A DNA stretch of 64,000 bases from an uncultured Armatimonadetes bacterium (GCA_963717145.1 OY970325.1:192001-256000), one strand, 5' to 3'; positions 1 to 9,804 are shown, counted from the stretch's first letter. The notes: generated by a model not told the origin, from the sequence alone. Program-made: numbers and translations.

Positions 1-1149
1 CGGGTACTCTACGAACATGAACAACTCGTGCAAGCGATCTATGAATCTCTTTGCCAGCGTCTGCTGTGGAGCATCTGAGCCGACATACGGACCTGAGAGC
101 GCCTCTACCTCTTCCTCGAAGAGTACTCGCTTCCACTTGCGAACCTCCGCCTTCTTGCTCCGGAACTCCTTTGCCCGATCGTAAACACCCTTCACCGCAT
201 CCGCCCATGCGATGACGCCCGTGTCGTCCGCGTTCCTCTCCTTCAGTTTGTGCAGATCCCTGGCCAGATGTGCCCAGCATATCTGGCGGTCTGCAACTAC
301 CGGGTTGTATCCGGCATAGCAATCCGTTACCACTACCCCTTCGTAGTCGCCGCCTATCGTTTCCTTCGGGATCTCTCCACTCCGACTCCGCCGGTAGATG
401 AAGTATCGCACGTTCTTAGTGGAGAAGGTCCAGATGTATCCGTTCAGCCCATCCTCTCTCCAGCCCGTCTCGTCTGCGTTTATGTATGGGCTTCCACGTA
501 CAAGCGAGAGTAGCCGCTCTTTCTCTTTTTTGCCACAGTCTGCCACCGTGTGCAATATCTCGCTTATCTCTCCCACAGAGAGCTGAAGACCATACAGAGC
601 CTTCAGCAATCCCTGTATCGTCCGCTTTGTCATGCGACCTACCGTCGAAAGATACGATATCAGGCTCATCAGGTTCACGCCTACCCGATGCTTGCCTACA
701 ACCTGGCCGGAAAGGTCAACCTTCGGCACATGACTCTTGCCACAGTATCCGCATCTTCTGGCGATGAACCTGTGCTCGACTACGTCCACAGGCACGATGG
801 GGATGTCGATGACTTGGCGGAGTCTCTTTACCGTGCCCCCTGTGAGCGCTCGGCCGCAGTCCGGACACTTCGAGTGCGCGTGCTCGACTACACGGGTGGG
901 TGTCTCCCGCCTGCGCACGAACGACTTCTTGCGCTTCTTTCGTTCAGCTGCCCGGCGCTCTTTGCGGTTCGGCTTCACCCAGTCAGGCACGGATGGGGAA
1001 CTGCCATCACCGCCGGAAAGCCTGGCGCGAAGGTCTTCGTTCTCCTTCTCCAGGTCGCCGATACGCGCCACGAGTTGGGGAACTAGACCTTCCAACTGGC
1101 TGACCCTGGCCTCAAGCTCCTCGTATGTCGGCTTGGATTGCTCGCTCAC
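1..1149 (-). CDS. IS66-family transposase, 3' partial
   Basis: GTG at 1149 after AAGGAG. Reads MSEQSKPTYEELEARVSQLE...PDWVKPNRKERR and then matches copy 2. Confidence 0.8.
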   Translation of the reverse strand, partial: MSEQSKPTYEELEARVSQLEGLVPQLVARIGDLEKENEDLRARLSGGDGSSPSVPDWVKPNRKERRAAERKKRKKSFVRRRETPTRVVEHAHSKCPDCGRALTGGTVKRLRQVIDIPIVPVDVVEHRFIARRCGYCGKSHVPKVDLSGQVVGKHRVGVNLMSLISYLSTVGRMTKRTIQGLLKALYGLQLSVGEISEILHTVADCGKKEKERLLSLVRGSPYINADETGWREDGLNGYIWTFSTKNVRYFIYRRSRSGEIPKETIGGDYEGVVVTDCYAGYNPVVADRQICWAHLARDLHKLKERNADDTGVIAWADAVKGVYDRAKEFRSKKAEVRKWKRVLFEEEVEALSGPYVGSDAPQQTLAKRFIDRLHELFMFVEYP

Positions 1150-1224
1150 ACTCCTTGGTTCGAGACGCTCCCAGCAGGTTCCTTCTTCTTACAGACAAAA
1201 TAATCCCTAAGCCTGAACTGTTAC
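1..1224 (-). mobile_element. IS66-family insertion sequence, copy 1 (cut by window start)
   Basis: Positions 1-~915 match 1476-~2390 (offset 1475). Terminal IR reads GTAACAGTTCAGG on the minus strand, ending at 1224. Confidence 0.85.
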
Positions 1225-1232
1225 CCCTGAAA

Positions 1233-2708
1233 GTAACAGTTCACGCTTGGGGATAACGAGTTTGATCAGGCAGGGAAGAGGACAGACTTGCCTGCGAGCA
1301 GTTGCCTGCATGATTCGAGCATGTCCAGACCCCTGACGTGCCATGTGCCAAACAGACTCATGAGCGTCATCTTTGTCTCGGAACCCTTCGCGCTTCGTGT
1401 GCCTCCGCATACCTTGCGGGCGATCACACACGGCCTCAGCGCTCGTTCTGCGCCATTGTTGTCCGACGGTACTTCCGGGTACTCTACGAACATGAACAAC
1501 TCGTGCAAGCGATCTATGAATCTCTTTGCCAGCGTCTGCTGTGGAGCATCTGAGCCGACATACGGACCTGAGAGCGCCTCTACCTCTTCCTCGAAGAGTA
1601 CTCGCTTCCACTTGCGAACCTCCGCCTTCTTGCTCCGGAACTCCTTTGCCCGATCGTAAACACCCTTCACCGCATCCGCCCATGCGATGACGCCCGTGTC
1701 GTCCGCGTTCCTCTCCTTCAGTTTGTGCAGATCCCTGGCCAGATGTGCCCAGCATATCTGGCGGTCTGCAACTACCGGGTTGTATCCGGCATAGCAATCC
1801 GTTACCACTACCCCTTCGTAGTCGCCGCCTATCGTTTCCTTCGGGATCTCTCCACTCCGACTCCGCCGGTAGATGAAGTATCGCACGTTCTTAGTGGAGA
1901 AGGTCCAGATGTATCCGTTCAGCCCATCCTCTCTCCAGCCCGTCTCGTCTGCGTTTATGTATGGGCTTCCACGTACAAGCGAGAGTAGCCGCTCTTTCTC
2001 TTTTTTGCCACAGTCTGCCACCGTGTGCAATATCTCGCTTATCTCTCCCACAGAGAGCTGAAGACCATACAGAGCCTTCAGCAATCCCTGTATCGTCCGC
2101 TTTGTCATGCGACCTACCGTCGAAAGATACGATATCAGGCTCATCAGGTTCACGCCTACCCGATGCTTGCCTACAACCTGGCCGGAAAGGTCAACCTTCG
2201 GCACATGACTCTTGCCACAGTATCCGCATCTTCTGGCGATGAACCTGTGCTCGACTACGTCCACAGGCACGATGGGGATGTCGATGACTTGGCGGAGTCT
2301 CTTTACCGTGCCCCCTGTGAGCGCTCGGCCGCAGTCCGGACACTTCGAGTGCGCGTGCTCGACTACACGGGTGGGTGTCTCCCGCCTGCGAACGAACGAC
2401 TTCTGGCGCTTCTTTCGTTCGGCTGCCCGGCGCTCTTTGCGGTTCGGCTTGACCCAGTCAGGTATGGGGGTGGAACTGCCGCCACCCGAGAGCTTTGCCT
2501 TGAGATCCTCCAGTTCCTTGACGAGACGCTGGATCATCTCCCGCTGCTCCAGGACAATGCCCACCAATTCTTCTCTTGTCAGACCGTCGAACTCTTCCAC
2601 ACAGGCATGTTCCACCCGCCCGGCCAAGGGTCCTTCCTATTGCAAGCCGACAATGTCGGAAAAACTCTCACTGCTCTCGCAAAATGATCCACAAGCCTGA
2701 ACTGTTAC
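1233..2708 (-). mobile_element. IS66-family insertion sequence, copy 2 (single ORF, 1476 bp)
   Basis: Inverted ends GTAACAGTTCA (1233) and TGAACTGTTAC (2708) around one transposase ORF. Confidence 0.9.
1266..2627 (-). CDS. IS66-family DDE transposase (TnpC-like)
   Basis: Coiled-coil N-terminus, CPDCG zinc finger, ADETGW, TDCY, QICWAHLAR and DNNGAERALR motifs. Confidence 0.92.
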   Translation of the reverse strand: MAGRVEHACVEEFDGLTREELVGIVLEQREMIQRLVKELEDLKAKLSGGGSSTPIPDWVKPNRKERRAAERKKRQKSFVRRRETPTRVVEHAHSKCPDCGRALTGGTVKRLRQVIDIPIVPVDVVEHRFIARRCGYCGKSHVPKVDLSGQVVGKHRVGVNLMSLISYLSTVGRMTKRTIQGLLKALYGLQLSVGEISEILHTVADCGKKEKERLLSLVRGSPYINADETGWREDGLNGYIWTFSTKNVRYFIYRRSRSGEIPKETIGGDYEGVVVTDCYAGYNPVVADRQICWAHLARDLHKLKERNADDTGVIAWADAVKGVYDRAKEFRSKKAEVRKWKRVLFEEEVEALSGPYVGSDAPQQTLAKRFIDRLHELFMFVEYPEVPSDNNGAERALRPCVIARKVCGGTRSAKGSETKMTLMSLFGTWHVRGLDMLESCRQLLAGKSVLFPA

Positions 2709-2813
2709 CTCCGGACTGCCAAGAGGAAACGTCAAATAGGAGGGAGAAGTATTAGCCCGTAAGCCGCTGGTAGTAATCTGGTCGCACGGGATGCTTATTA
2801 CTCAGGAGGCGCG

Positions 2814-3230
2814 GTGATGGACAACTCGAGGGGATCGCTGTTCAAGTGGTTGTATATCATGGTAGGGGTGTTCGCGGTCAGCTCGTCGCTGGTACGGGTG
2901 TTCCTCCCTAGCCTCCTTGCATTCGCTCTCGCACTCCCGCTCTTTCTGCTATTCCCGGCGATGATGTTCCTTGCGGGCTATTACTGGACCGACCCCCACT
3001 TGCATCCCGACGTCAAGCGGAATCTGTGGATTTTCGGGGGCACCATGGGATTCTTCGCAATGGTGACGTTGCTCGCGATCGTTCCAGCGGCATTGGTACT
3101 CCATCCCCGTCGGAGCTGGGATACAGCCCTCGGTGTCATTGTCTTCTTCAGCCTATTTCCTATCGGCTACGTCTTCGGAAACCGGAAGCGCAGACGATTA
3201 CCTGCTGAGCCCGGAGCTCGGGACGAGTGA
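2814..3230 (+). CDS. Hypothetical membrane protein (about 4 TM)
   Basis: AGGAGG RBS; hydrophobic segments. Confidence 0.7.
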   Translation: MMDNSRGSLFKWLYIMVGVFAVSSSLVRVFLPSLLAFALALPLFLLFPAMMFLAGYYWTDPHLHPDVKRNLWIFGGTMGFFAMVTLLAIVPAALVLHPRRSWDTALGVIVFFSLFPIGYVFGNRKRRRLPAEPGARDE

Positions 3231-3283
3231 TCACGACCAGCCAGATGCTTTACGCTCGCGCCCGTTCGGTGTATCATTGCGCA

Positions 3284-3874
3284 ATGGACAGGCTGACGAA
3301 ACAGATAGACTTCATCCTCGAGATCGACAAGCTCAAGCACATCCTGCGTCAGAGCAAGGTCACCGACGGCTCGCGGCGGGAGAACGACGTCGAGCACTCG
3401 TGGCATCTGGCGGTGATGACGATGCTCCTCGCCGAGTATGCCGCCGAGCCGATCGACGTGCTGCGAACGGTGAAGATGGTGCTCATCCATGACATCGTCG
3501 AGATCGATGCCGGCGACACGTTCATCTACTCGACGGCGGCTCGTGATGCGGCGGAGGAGGTCGAACGGGCGGCGGCGGACCGGCTCTTCGGCATGCTTCC
3601 GGACGACCAGGCGTCGGAGTTCCGCGCGCTGTGGGACGAGTTCGAGGCCGGGGTCACACCCGAGTCGCGGTTTGCACGGGCGCTCGATCGCCTGCAGCCG
3701 ACCATGCTCAACTATGCCAACAAGGGAGGTCCCTGGCGGGAGCACAAGATTACCGCCGAGCAGGTGACGAGCCTCAACATCCCGGTCCTGCTTCAGGGAG
3801 CGCCGAAGCTCGCAGAGTTCGCCGAGAAGCTCTTTCTCGACGCCCAGGAGAAGGGCTACTTCCATGAAGGATGA
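3284..3874 (+). CDS. HD-domain hydrolase (HD_3 / YfbR-like)
   Basis: EIDKLK, RRENDVEHSWH, LIHDIVEIDAGD and DRLQP motifs; start placed at MDRLTKQ. Confidence 0.9.
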   Translation: MDRLTKQIDFILEIDKLKHILRQSKVTDGSRRENDVEHSWHLAVMTMLLAEYAAEPIDVLRTVKMVLIHDIVEIDAGDTFIYSTAARDAAEEVERAAADRLFGMLPDDQASEFRALWDEFEAGVTPESRFARALDRLQPTMLNYANKGGPWREHKITAEQVTSLNIPVLLQGAPKLAEFAEKLFLDAQEKGYFHEG

Positions 3875-4274
3875 GGAGATGCGGGAGCGCGCATGTGCGA
3901 TCGTCATCGAGGAGGGGCAGATACTCCTGATGCACCGGCGGAAGGCGGGGATCGAGTACTACACGGTCCCCGGCGGTAAGATCGAGCCGGGCGAGACCCC
4001 CGAGGAGGCATGCTTCCGAGAGGTCCTGGAGGAGACCGGACTAACCGTGGAGATCATGCGGGAGTTCGCGGTCCTGAGCAACCTGGGGCGCACCGAGCAC
4101 TACTTCCGCGCCAGGAAGCTCTCCGGCGACCTCCAACTCGGTGGCCCGGAGATCGAGCGCCAGTCCGAAGCCAACTTCTACGAGCCGATGTGGGTCTCCC
4201 TCGACCGCCTCTCCGAGTACCGCCTCCTGCCGGAGGAGATCAGGGTGATGATTCTTCGGGAGTGTCCGTCATAG
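3864..4274 (+). CDS. NUDIX hydrolase
   Basis: Nudix box GGKIEPGETPEEACFREVLEETGL. Confidence 0.92.
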   Translation: MKDEEMRERACAIVIEEGQILLMHRRKAGIEYYTVPGGKIEPGETPEEACFREVLEETGLTVEIMREFAVLSNLGRTEHYFRARKLSGDLQLGGPEIERQSEANFYEPMWVSLDRLSEYRLLPEEIRVMILRECPS

Positions 4275-4754
4275 CTTCTTCGGGTCGATCGTGCCACTAT
4301 CGTATGTGCCGCGCCACGATCGCGCGGTCACTTGGCCGAGACCAGATGAAGCTACCTTCAGACATCTCTTCAGCTTTGCCGGCTTGCAGTCTCTATCTCC
4401 CATGAAACGTCCATCCTGCCAGTGCTCTATGATCACCAGATCCTCGTCGAGTATCCACCTGATCGCTCGAAGTGCCTTCGAGATCTGGCGTCTGCGGGTT
4501 GCAGCTATTGGGTTTGGGTCGCAGTGAACGTGCCACTTGCCCCACTGGACTATGATCGATCCGTGCATGGTCTCGATGCGGAGCGGGCAGTGAGGGACAA
4601 ACCGTGACGGCACCTCCACGGCGAGATCATCGATCGCCTGCCATTTCAGGCTTGCTGGAACAATGTACTGCTCCCACTCAGGATACCGCTGAAACAGACT
4701 TCGAGCGAACCTCGCAGCGAACGGGTTGAGGTTGTCCGTTATCTCATCGTCCAT
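4269..4754 (-). CDS. Hypothetical protein, paralog of 4769-5248
   Basis: Shares LnPfA..FAR.LF.RYP.W and EVPSRF...PLRIE blocks with its neighbour. Confidence 0.75.
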   Translation of the reverse strand: MDDEITDNLNPFAARFARSLFQRYPEWEQYIVPASLKWQAIDDLAVEVPSRFVPHCPLRIETMHGSIIVQWGKWHVHCDPNPIAATRRRQISKALRAIRWILDEDLVIIEHWQDGRFMGDRDCKPAKLKRCLKVASSGLGQVTARSWRGTYDSGTIDPKKL

Positions 4755-4768
4755 TGTGTTCTCACCAC

Positions 4769-5248
4769 CTACCGATTCTCTGGCCGTCTGCGATCATATG
4801 TGCCATTCCAGGACGTGGCAGTAACGTCGGTATAGTTCGCGTACCAGGGTTCGAGCAGTGCCTCATCCACTCGGTCCGGAGTATACCCACCGGCGGCCTG
4901 GACTCTGTCGTAGATCCCGGCCTCGATGATCACCAACTCCTCTGATAGCAGACCCCGTATGGTCTCCAGTGCTTCCGTGATGAACTGCTCTTCTGTATAC
5001 GAGTCACCCCAATCATCGTAATGCGCATGCCAGCCTCTCCATGAGATGAGGATTCCACCGTTTCCGGCTTCTATACGGAGTGGTCGTCCGGGGAACCGGG
5101 ACGGCACCTCAATGATCAGCCCGTTCCATTGTGGTGATGGGTTGTCTGGAGGCACAACGTACGGCTTCCAGTCAGGATACCGTTCAAACAGGATTCGCGC
5201 AAACGAAGTGGCTAGCGGATCGAGACCCTCCAGTGCTTCACTGTGCAT
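4769..5248 (-). CDS. Hypothetical protein, paralog of 4269-4754
   Basis: Collinear similarity, including the C-terminal VTA.SW.GTYD. Confidence 0.75.
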   Translation of the reverse strand: MHSEALEGLDPLATSFARILFERYPDWKPYVVPPDNPSPQWNGLIIEVPSRFPGRPLRIEAGNGGILISWRGWHAHYDDWGDSYTEEQFITEALETIRGLLSEELVIIEAGIYDRVQAAGGYTPDRVDEALLEPWYANYTDVTATSWNGTYDRRRPENR

Positions 5249-5284
5249 GTCGTTCTCCCTATCAGATTGTTCAGTAACGCCGTC

Positions 5285-7159
5285 CTATCTCGGCTTGGCG
5301 TCCAAGATATTGTCGTGGACGCTGAGTCCCTTACAGTCACGGATGATGATGCCGGTGGGGGAGTGATTGCCGGTCACGAAGCCGTCCGACGCGCCGACGA
5401 TGACTATGCCCTCTCCGTCTGAGAGGCGGACGTCGTTGTCCTGGACGCGCAGGTTGCGCACCTTGCCGGAGATGTCGATCGCGTGTGTCCCCGGCGCGAT
5501 GAGCGTGTTCCCCTCGATCGTGATGAAGTCGGCGTAGTTCGGCGTATCGACCTTGACGATACCTCCGGTCTCGCTGTCCTCGAGCTTGATCTGCGCCACG
5601 TAGTCGCCGATCAGTGCGCAGTTGAACTCGTTGTGTGAGAGGCTGATGCGACTTGCCACTCGGTCCGGAGCCGCGCCCTTGACCCTGAAGTCGCAGACGC
5701 CGGTCGTGTTGCCCTCGATGCGCATGTAATCCACGCGGCCGTCGAAGATGAAGGGCCCATTCAGCACCATGTTGTTCGTGATCGAGAAGCCGTATCCGAC
5801 TCCGAACCCGAAGTCGGGGTTGAGGTAGCCGAACCCCTGGTCCTCGAACTTGAGCGCGTATCCGTCCGCACCGCTTTGAAGCGCCTCACCAAGTTGGCAG
5901 CCCGAGAGCGTGCCCCACTCGATGTCGTGGACCCGGTACTCCTTCGGTTGCTCGAACTCGACGTAGTAGATCGCCCCCGGAGCAGGCGCATTGTCTTTCC
6001 AGTGGATCTTCGTCGCGTGCCGGAGGTCCCCCGCCTCGGTGATCGTCTCGGTCGTGTAGTCCTTTCCCGCGACCCACACCGTGCCGCCGGTCCTCGGCTC
6101 GGAGGCGATGCGGACGACCTTCGCATGCCTCGGGAGGCCGTACCATTCGGTGCGCTGAGCGGGGTTCGGCTCGTCGACGACGGGGTGATTGTGCCACGTG
6201 AGCCAGTCCCAGGTCGTGTCCGGCCGGCGGTAGACCATCCCCTCGGGCGTCGGCTCAAGACGATCGCCCGTACTCCCGAGCGGCCCGGCGTGGATGCCGC
6301 TCACGAACCCCGAGTTGCAGTTGCGGATGAACGGCGCCTGCCCGCCGACCCAGTCGAAGAATACGCTCCCGGCGTTCATTCCGTGCCTGCCGGTCATCTC
6401 GATGTTGTCGAAGTAGTAGCCGCCCTGCCCGCAGTGATTCCCGTTGTCGAGCCGGACGCCGATCTTCGCGTCGAGGCGGTCCATGTCGCGCACCTTCACC
6501 TCGCCGCCAGTGCCGACGATATCGACTCCGACTTCGAAGAACCGGCCGCTCTGGATGCCGGGATCGAGGTTCCGCCCGACGTTCACATCGGTGACGTTCA
6601 CGAAGTCGATGAGGTAGCGGGTCCCGATGCCGTTCGTCTCCACGATGCCGACGTTGTTGTCGGGGTAGTAGCGGATGTTGGCGATCTGGACGGCGGCGGA
6701 TGGGATTATGCCTGCGGGCAGCTTCGGATCGAGCAGGACGCTCAGGGCTCGGAGGCGGCATCCCTTGTCCCTGATGCGGATCGTCGCCGTCGGGACGCGC
6801 TTGCGCTTAGGGTCAGCGGTGAAGCCGAAGTCCCTCCGGCCGTCCGTCTGGATGATGTTCGTGACATCCGCGCCGTCGCCGTAGATGATCTGCCCGGCCC
6901 GCGTGGTCTCGACCGTGCCGTGATTGGGGAGAGCGCCCCCGTGGAAGTAGTAGTCACCCGCGGGGAAGTACACCGCCCCTCCCGCCGGGACAGACTCCAT
7001 GATCCGGGCGATCCGCTTCGTATTCTGCTCGGCCTTCGACGCATCGTTGGCGACGAGCGGCTCCTTTGCCTTCAAGACGTTCACCGCACCGGCGGATATC
7101 ACTTCGGAAGCCAAACATAGTATGGAAAGCAGCACGACGGTCAGCCTTCTGATCTGCAC
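5285..7159 (-). CDS. Secreted right-handed beta-helix (pectate-lyase-like) protein
   Basis: Signal peptide, GGAVYFPAGDY motif and PbH1-like repeats; GTG start at 7159 after GGAGGG. Confidence 0.75.
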   Translation of the reverse strand: MQIRRLTVVLLSILCLASEVISAGAVNVLKAKEPLVANDASKAEQNTKRIARIMESVPAGGAVYFPAGDYYFHGGALPNHGTVETTRAGQIIYGDGADVTNIIQTDGRRDFGFTADPKRKRVPTATIRIRDKGCRLRALSVLLDPKLPAGIIPSAAVQIANIRYYPDNNVGIVETNGIGTRYLIDFVNVTDVNVGRNLDPGIQSGRFFEVGVDIVGTGGEVKVRDMDRLDAKIGVRLDNGNHCGQGGYYFDNIEMTGRHGMNAGSVFFDWVGGQAPFIRNCNSGFVSGIHAGPLGSTGDRLEPTPEGMVYRRPDTTWDWLTWHNHPVVDEPNPAQRTEWYGLPRHAKVVRIASEPRTGGTVWVAGKDYTTETITEAGDLRHATKIHWKDNAPAPGAIYYVEFEQPKEYRVHDIEWGTLSGCQLGEALQSGADGYALKFEDQGFGYLNPDFGFGVGYGFSITNNMVLNGPFIFDGRVDYMRIEGNTTGVCDFRVKGAAPDRVASRISLSHNEFNCALIGDYVAQIKLEDSETGGIVKVDTPNYADFITIEGNTLIAPGTHAIDISGKVRNLRVQDNDVRLSDGEGIVIVGASDGFVTGNHSPTGIIIRDCKGLSVHDNILDAKPR

Positions 7160-7248
7160 GATTCCCTCCACATTCGACGAACGCATTGACATTAGGCCGG
7201 CGACATTATACCATGATGGAAACCGCGCCCGCACAGGAGAACTGCCGG

Positions 7249-8946
7249 ATGAGGATTTCACTGATCGTAATGCTGCTGATACTTGCCGCGCTTCCCCTCG
7301 CCGCCCGGGAGACGCAGTTCAAGGTCCGGGCGCTCTGGGCCGATCCCTCGTCGTTTTCGACGCGCGAGAAGGCCGATGTGCTGCTCGACCAGTGCCGGCG
7401 GGCGAGGATCAACCTCCTGCTGCCCGATGTCATGCTGCACGGGGCTCTCTACCACAAGTCTTCGCACTACCTGCACAAGGTGTTCGCGAGCGACGAGTAC
7501 GATCCGCTCGCTTACCTCACCGAGAAGGCGCACGCTCAGGGGATGGAGGTCCACGCCTGGTACTGCGTCTACTACGACGGCACGGAGGAGATTGAAACCG
7601 TCAAGCCCGAGTGGCTCTGTGCAGACATCGACGGGAAGCCGATGGACCAGGGGTACTTCCTCTCGCCGCAGGTGCCGGGGGTGAACGAGTACCTGCTGTC
7701 GGTGATGGCGGACGGCCTGGCATACGACATCGACGGCATCCACCTCGACTACATCCGCTACTACGGCTCGGGGTACGATTACTCGGACCTCGGGCGCGAG
7801 CGGTTCATCGAGACCCACGGCTTCGACCCGAAGGACTTCCTCGATCACGGGGAGCGCATCGTCCCGGATGAGCCGTTTCCCGTGCGAGTGCTCCATGCCG
7901 AGCGGCACAAGGCCCGCGTCTGGGAGCACACATGGACCGAGAGCCTGATGGACCGCGCCGGCCTCGGATTCTCGTTCATCTCCGAGAAGCCGGAACTCGT
8001 CGATGCCCTCCGAGCGTCGGGACTGCTGGTGCTCTGCGCCGTCTATGATGTCTCGCCGGAGATGACTCAGGCCATCGAGCGGTACGTCGCGCGCGGTGGG
8101 AGCGTCGTCTGCATCGACGGCCTGTCCGCGAAGGCCGATCCGCGCCTCTTCAAGCTCTTCGGGGTGAAGCGAGGGAGTGCGTGGCTCTCGACCGACTGGC
8201 GTTCGATCAAGGCGGAGGGTAGTCATCCGCTCACGAAATGCCTCCCCCGCGAGAATGTGAAGGTGAACGTCAACATCCCGCCGGGACTCGATGGCGGCAA
8301 GGTCGTCGCACGCTTCGACACCGGTGAGCCGGCGGTGATCGTGAACGGTCGGACCGCGCTCGTCTGCTTCAACCCCTGCACGCCGAACACAGGCGGTCCG
8401 TCGCTGATGGTGCGCGGGATCGTGGAGTGGCTGCGCGCCGAATCCGGCGTGACCTCGGACGCCGATCCGATGCGGGCGAAGCGCTGGGAGTGGGTCCAAT
8501 ACAAGTGCAGATCGATCACCGACTTGGTGCGCGGCGTACACGAGGCGGTCAAGGCGAAGAGCCCGGGCCTGATGGTCTCGGCGGCGGGTGGGTTCAATGC
8601 CACCGAGCCGTATGTCATCTCCCGCGACGGACAGGCATGGCTCACCGAGGGGCTGATGGATTTCGTCTGCCCGATGGACTACTGCGACGACATCCGAGAC
8701 CTTCAGGCGCTCCTCGATCTGCACCGCGCGTCCGTCCCGCCCGAGCAGCTCGCGACCTTCTACCCCGGCCTCTCGCTCTATACCACGAAGACGATCGGCG
8801 GCAAGAAGACGACGGTCTCCCAGGACGCGAAGGTCGTCCGCGAGCAGCTCGACCTCCTCCGCCGTGAGGGCTACCGAGGCTTCACCCTCTTCTGCTCGGC
8901 CCAGCTCACGGATGAGCAGATCAAGGTGATCGCGGCGGCGGAGTGA
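7249..8946 (+). CDS. Secreted GHL10 (YddW/DigH-like) glycoside hydrolase with an inserted domain
   Basis: VRALW, YDPLAYL..KAH..GMEVHAW, YDIDGIHLDYIRY and DFVCPMDY motifs. Confidence 0.85.
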   Translation: MRISLIVMLLILAALPLAARETQFKVRALWADPSSFSTREKADVLLDQCRRARINLLLPDVMLHGALYHKSSHYLHKVFASDEYDPLAYLTEKAHAQGMEVHAWYCVYYDGTEEIETVKPEWLCADIDGKPMDQGYFLSPQVPGVNEYLLSVMADGLAYDIDGIHLDYIRYYGSGYDYSDLGRERFIETHGFDPKDFLDHGERIVPDEPFPVRVLHAERHKARVWEHTWTESLMDRAGLGFSFISEKPELVDALRASGLLVLCAVYDVSPEMTQAIERYVARGGSVVCIDGLSAKADPRLFKLFGVKRGSAWLSTDWRSIKAEGSHPLTKCLPRENVKVNVNIPPGLDGGKVVARFDTGEPAVIVNGRTALVCFNPCTPNTGGPSLMVRGIVEWLRAESGVTSDADPMRAKRWEWVQYKCRSITDLVRGVHEAVKAKSPGLMVSAAGGFNATEPYVISRDGQAWLTEGLMDFVCPMDYCDDIRDLQALLDLHRASVPPEQLATFYPGLSLYTTKTIGGKKTTVSQDAKVVREQLDLLRREGYRGFTLFCSAQLTDEQIKVIAAAE

Positions 8947-9021
8947 CCAAGTCCTGCCTGTGAGTGTCGTCGGGATATTCGATGCCGAGTGGAGGCATAG
9001 CGAGTACCGAGTGAATAGTGA

Positions 9022-9804
9022 ATGGTGACCAGACGGGAGGTAGAATGGATGCAAGCTGAATTTATGCACATTGACTGGTATGCGCCGAGCGCAGGTGGAA
9101 TCACATCTCTTTGGACGAGACTGAACCAGAGTTCCAGCCTGACACTCAGAGGACGCGCGGAGAACTTGCAAGGGACCGAGACATCTGAGCTTGCACTCGC
9201 CTTCATTACCAAACTGGAAATGCTCCGGGAGATCGTCGGTCGGTTGGATGAGGAGATTCGCCAGCTAAATGACAGTGTAGCCAATGATGCTTCGGGCGAG
9301 GTCGACAAGTGCATAGCCGAGGAATGGGTCTACACACTGCCAGATCCGCGTTTGCCATTCCGGGTCTTGGCTGATCTGGACTCTTTCCTCTACCAGACCA
9401 AATCTGCGTGCGAGGTGATGGCCGGGTTCGCGATGGCCCTCTTCCGTGACATTCTTGGCAAAAGGCCGGGGATCAAGGCGGTCAAGAAGGAGTTTATCCA
9501 GTTTCTCAGTGATGCCAGTGTTGACATGGGGTGGTACACTTCACTGGAGAAGCTACGTAACCTCTTCATACACAATACTGCCCCCTGGCTAGCAGTAAAG
9601 CGGATCAGTGACCAGCCTGTGAGGTTTGATCTAGTTCTTCTCAAGAAGAACGTGCGAACCTTCGATAACCCGGATGAATGGGTAGAGTTAGATGAGTACC
9701 GGAAGATCCATAGTGGGTTCACCGAGTCGCTCCCTGTCTACCTGCAATGGCTACGAGTGCATATCGAGGAGTTCGAGAAGAGAGAAGCAGCGGGTCAGCA
9801 GTGA
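9022..9804 (+). CDS. Hypothetical protein, candidate HEPN domain
   Basis: Helical sequence with DSFLYQTKSACE and an Rx4H motif (RNLFIH). Confidence 0.6.
   Translation: MVTRREVEWMQAEFMHIDWYAPSAGGITSLWTRLNQSSSLTLRGRAENLQGTETSELALAFITKLEMLREIVGRLDEEIRQLNDSVANDASGEVDKCIAEEWVYTLPDPRLPFRVLADLDSFLYQTKSACEVMAGFAMALFRDILGKRPGIKAVKKEFIQFLSDASVDMGWYTSLEKLRNLFIHNTAPWLAVKRISDQPVRFDLVLLKKNVRTFDNPDEWVELDEYRKIHSGFTESLPVYLQWLRVHIEEFEKREAAGQQ

Noticed and set aside
7258-9171. Long antisense or alternate-frame ORFs (also 39481-41259, 48346-49827, 57325-58542)
   Set aside because: Expected shadows of GC-rich coding sequence, with no motifs.
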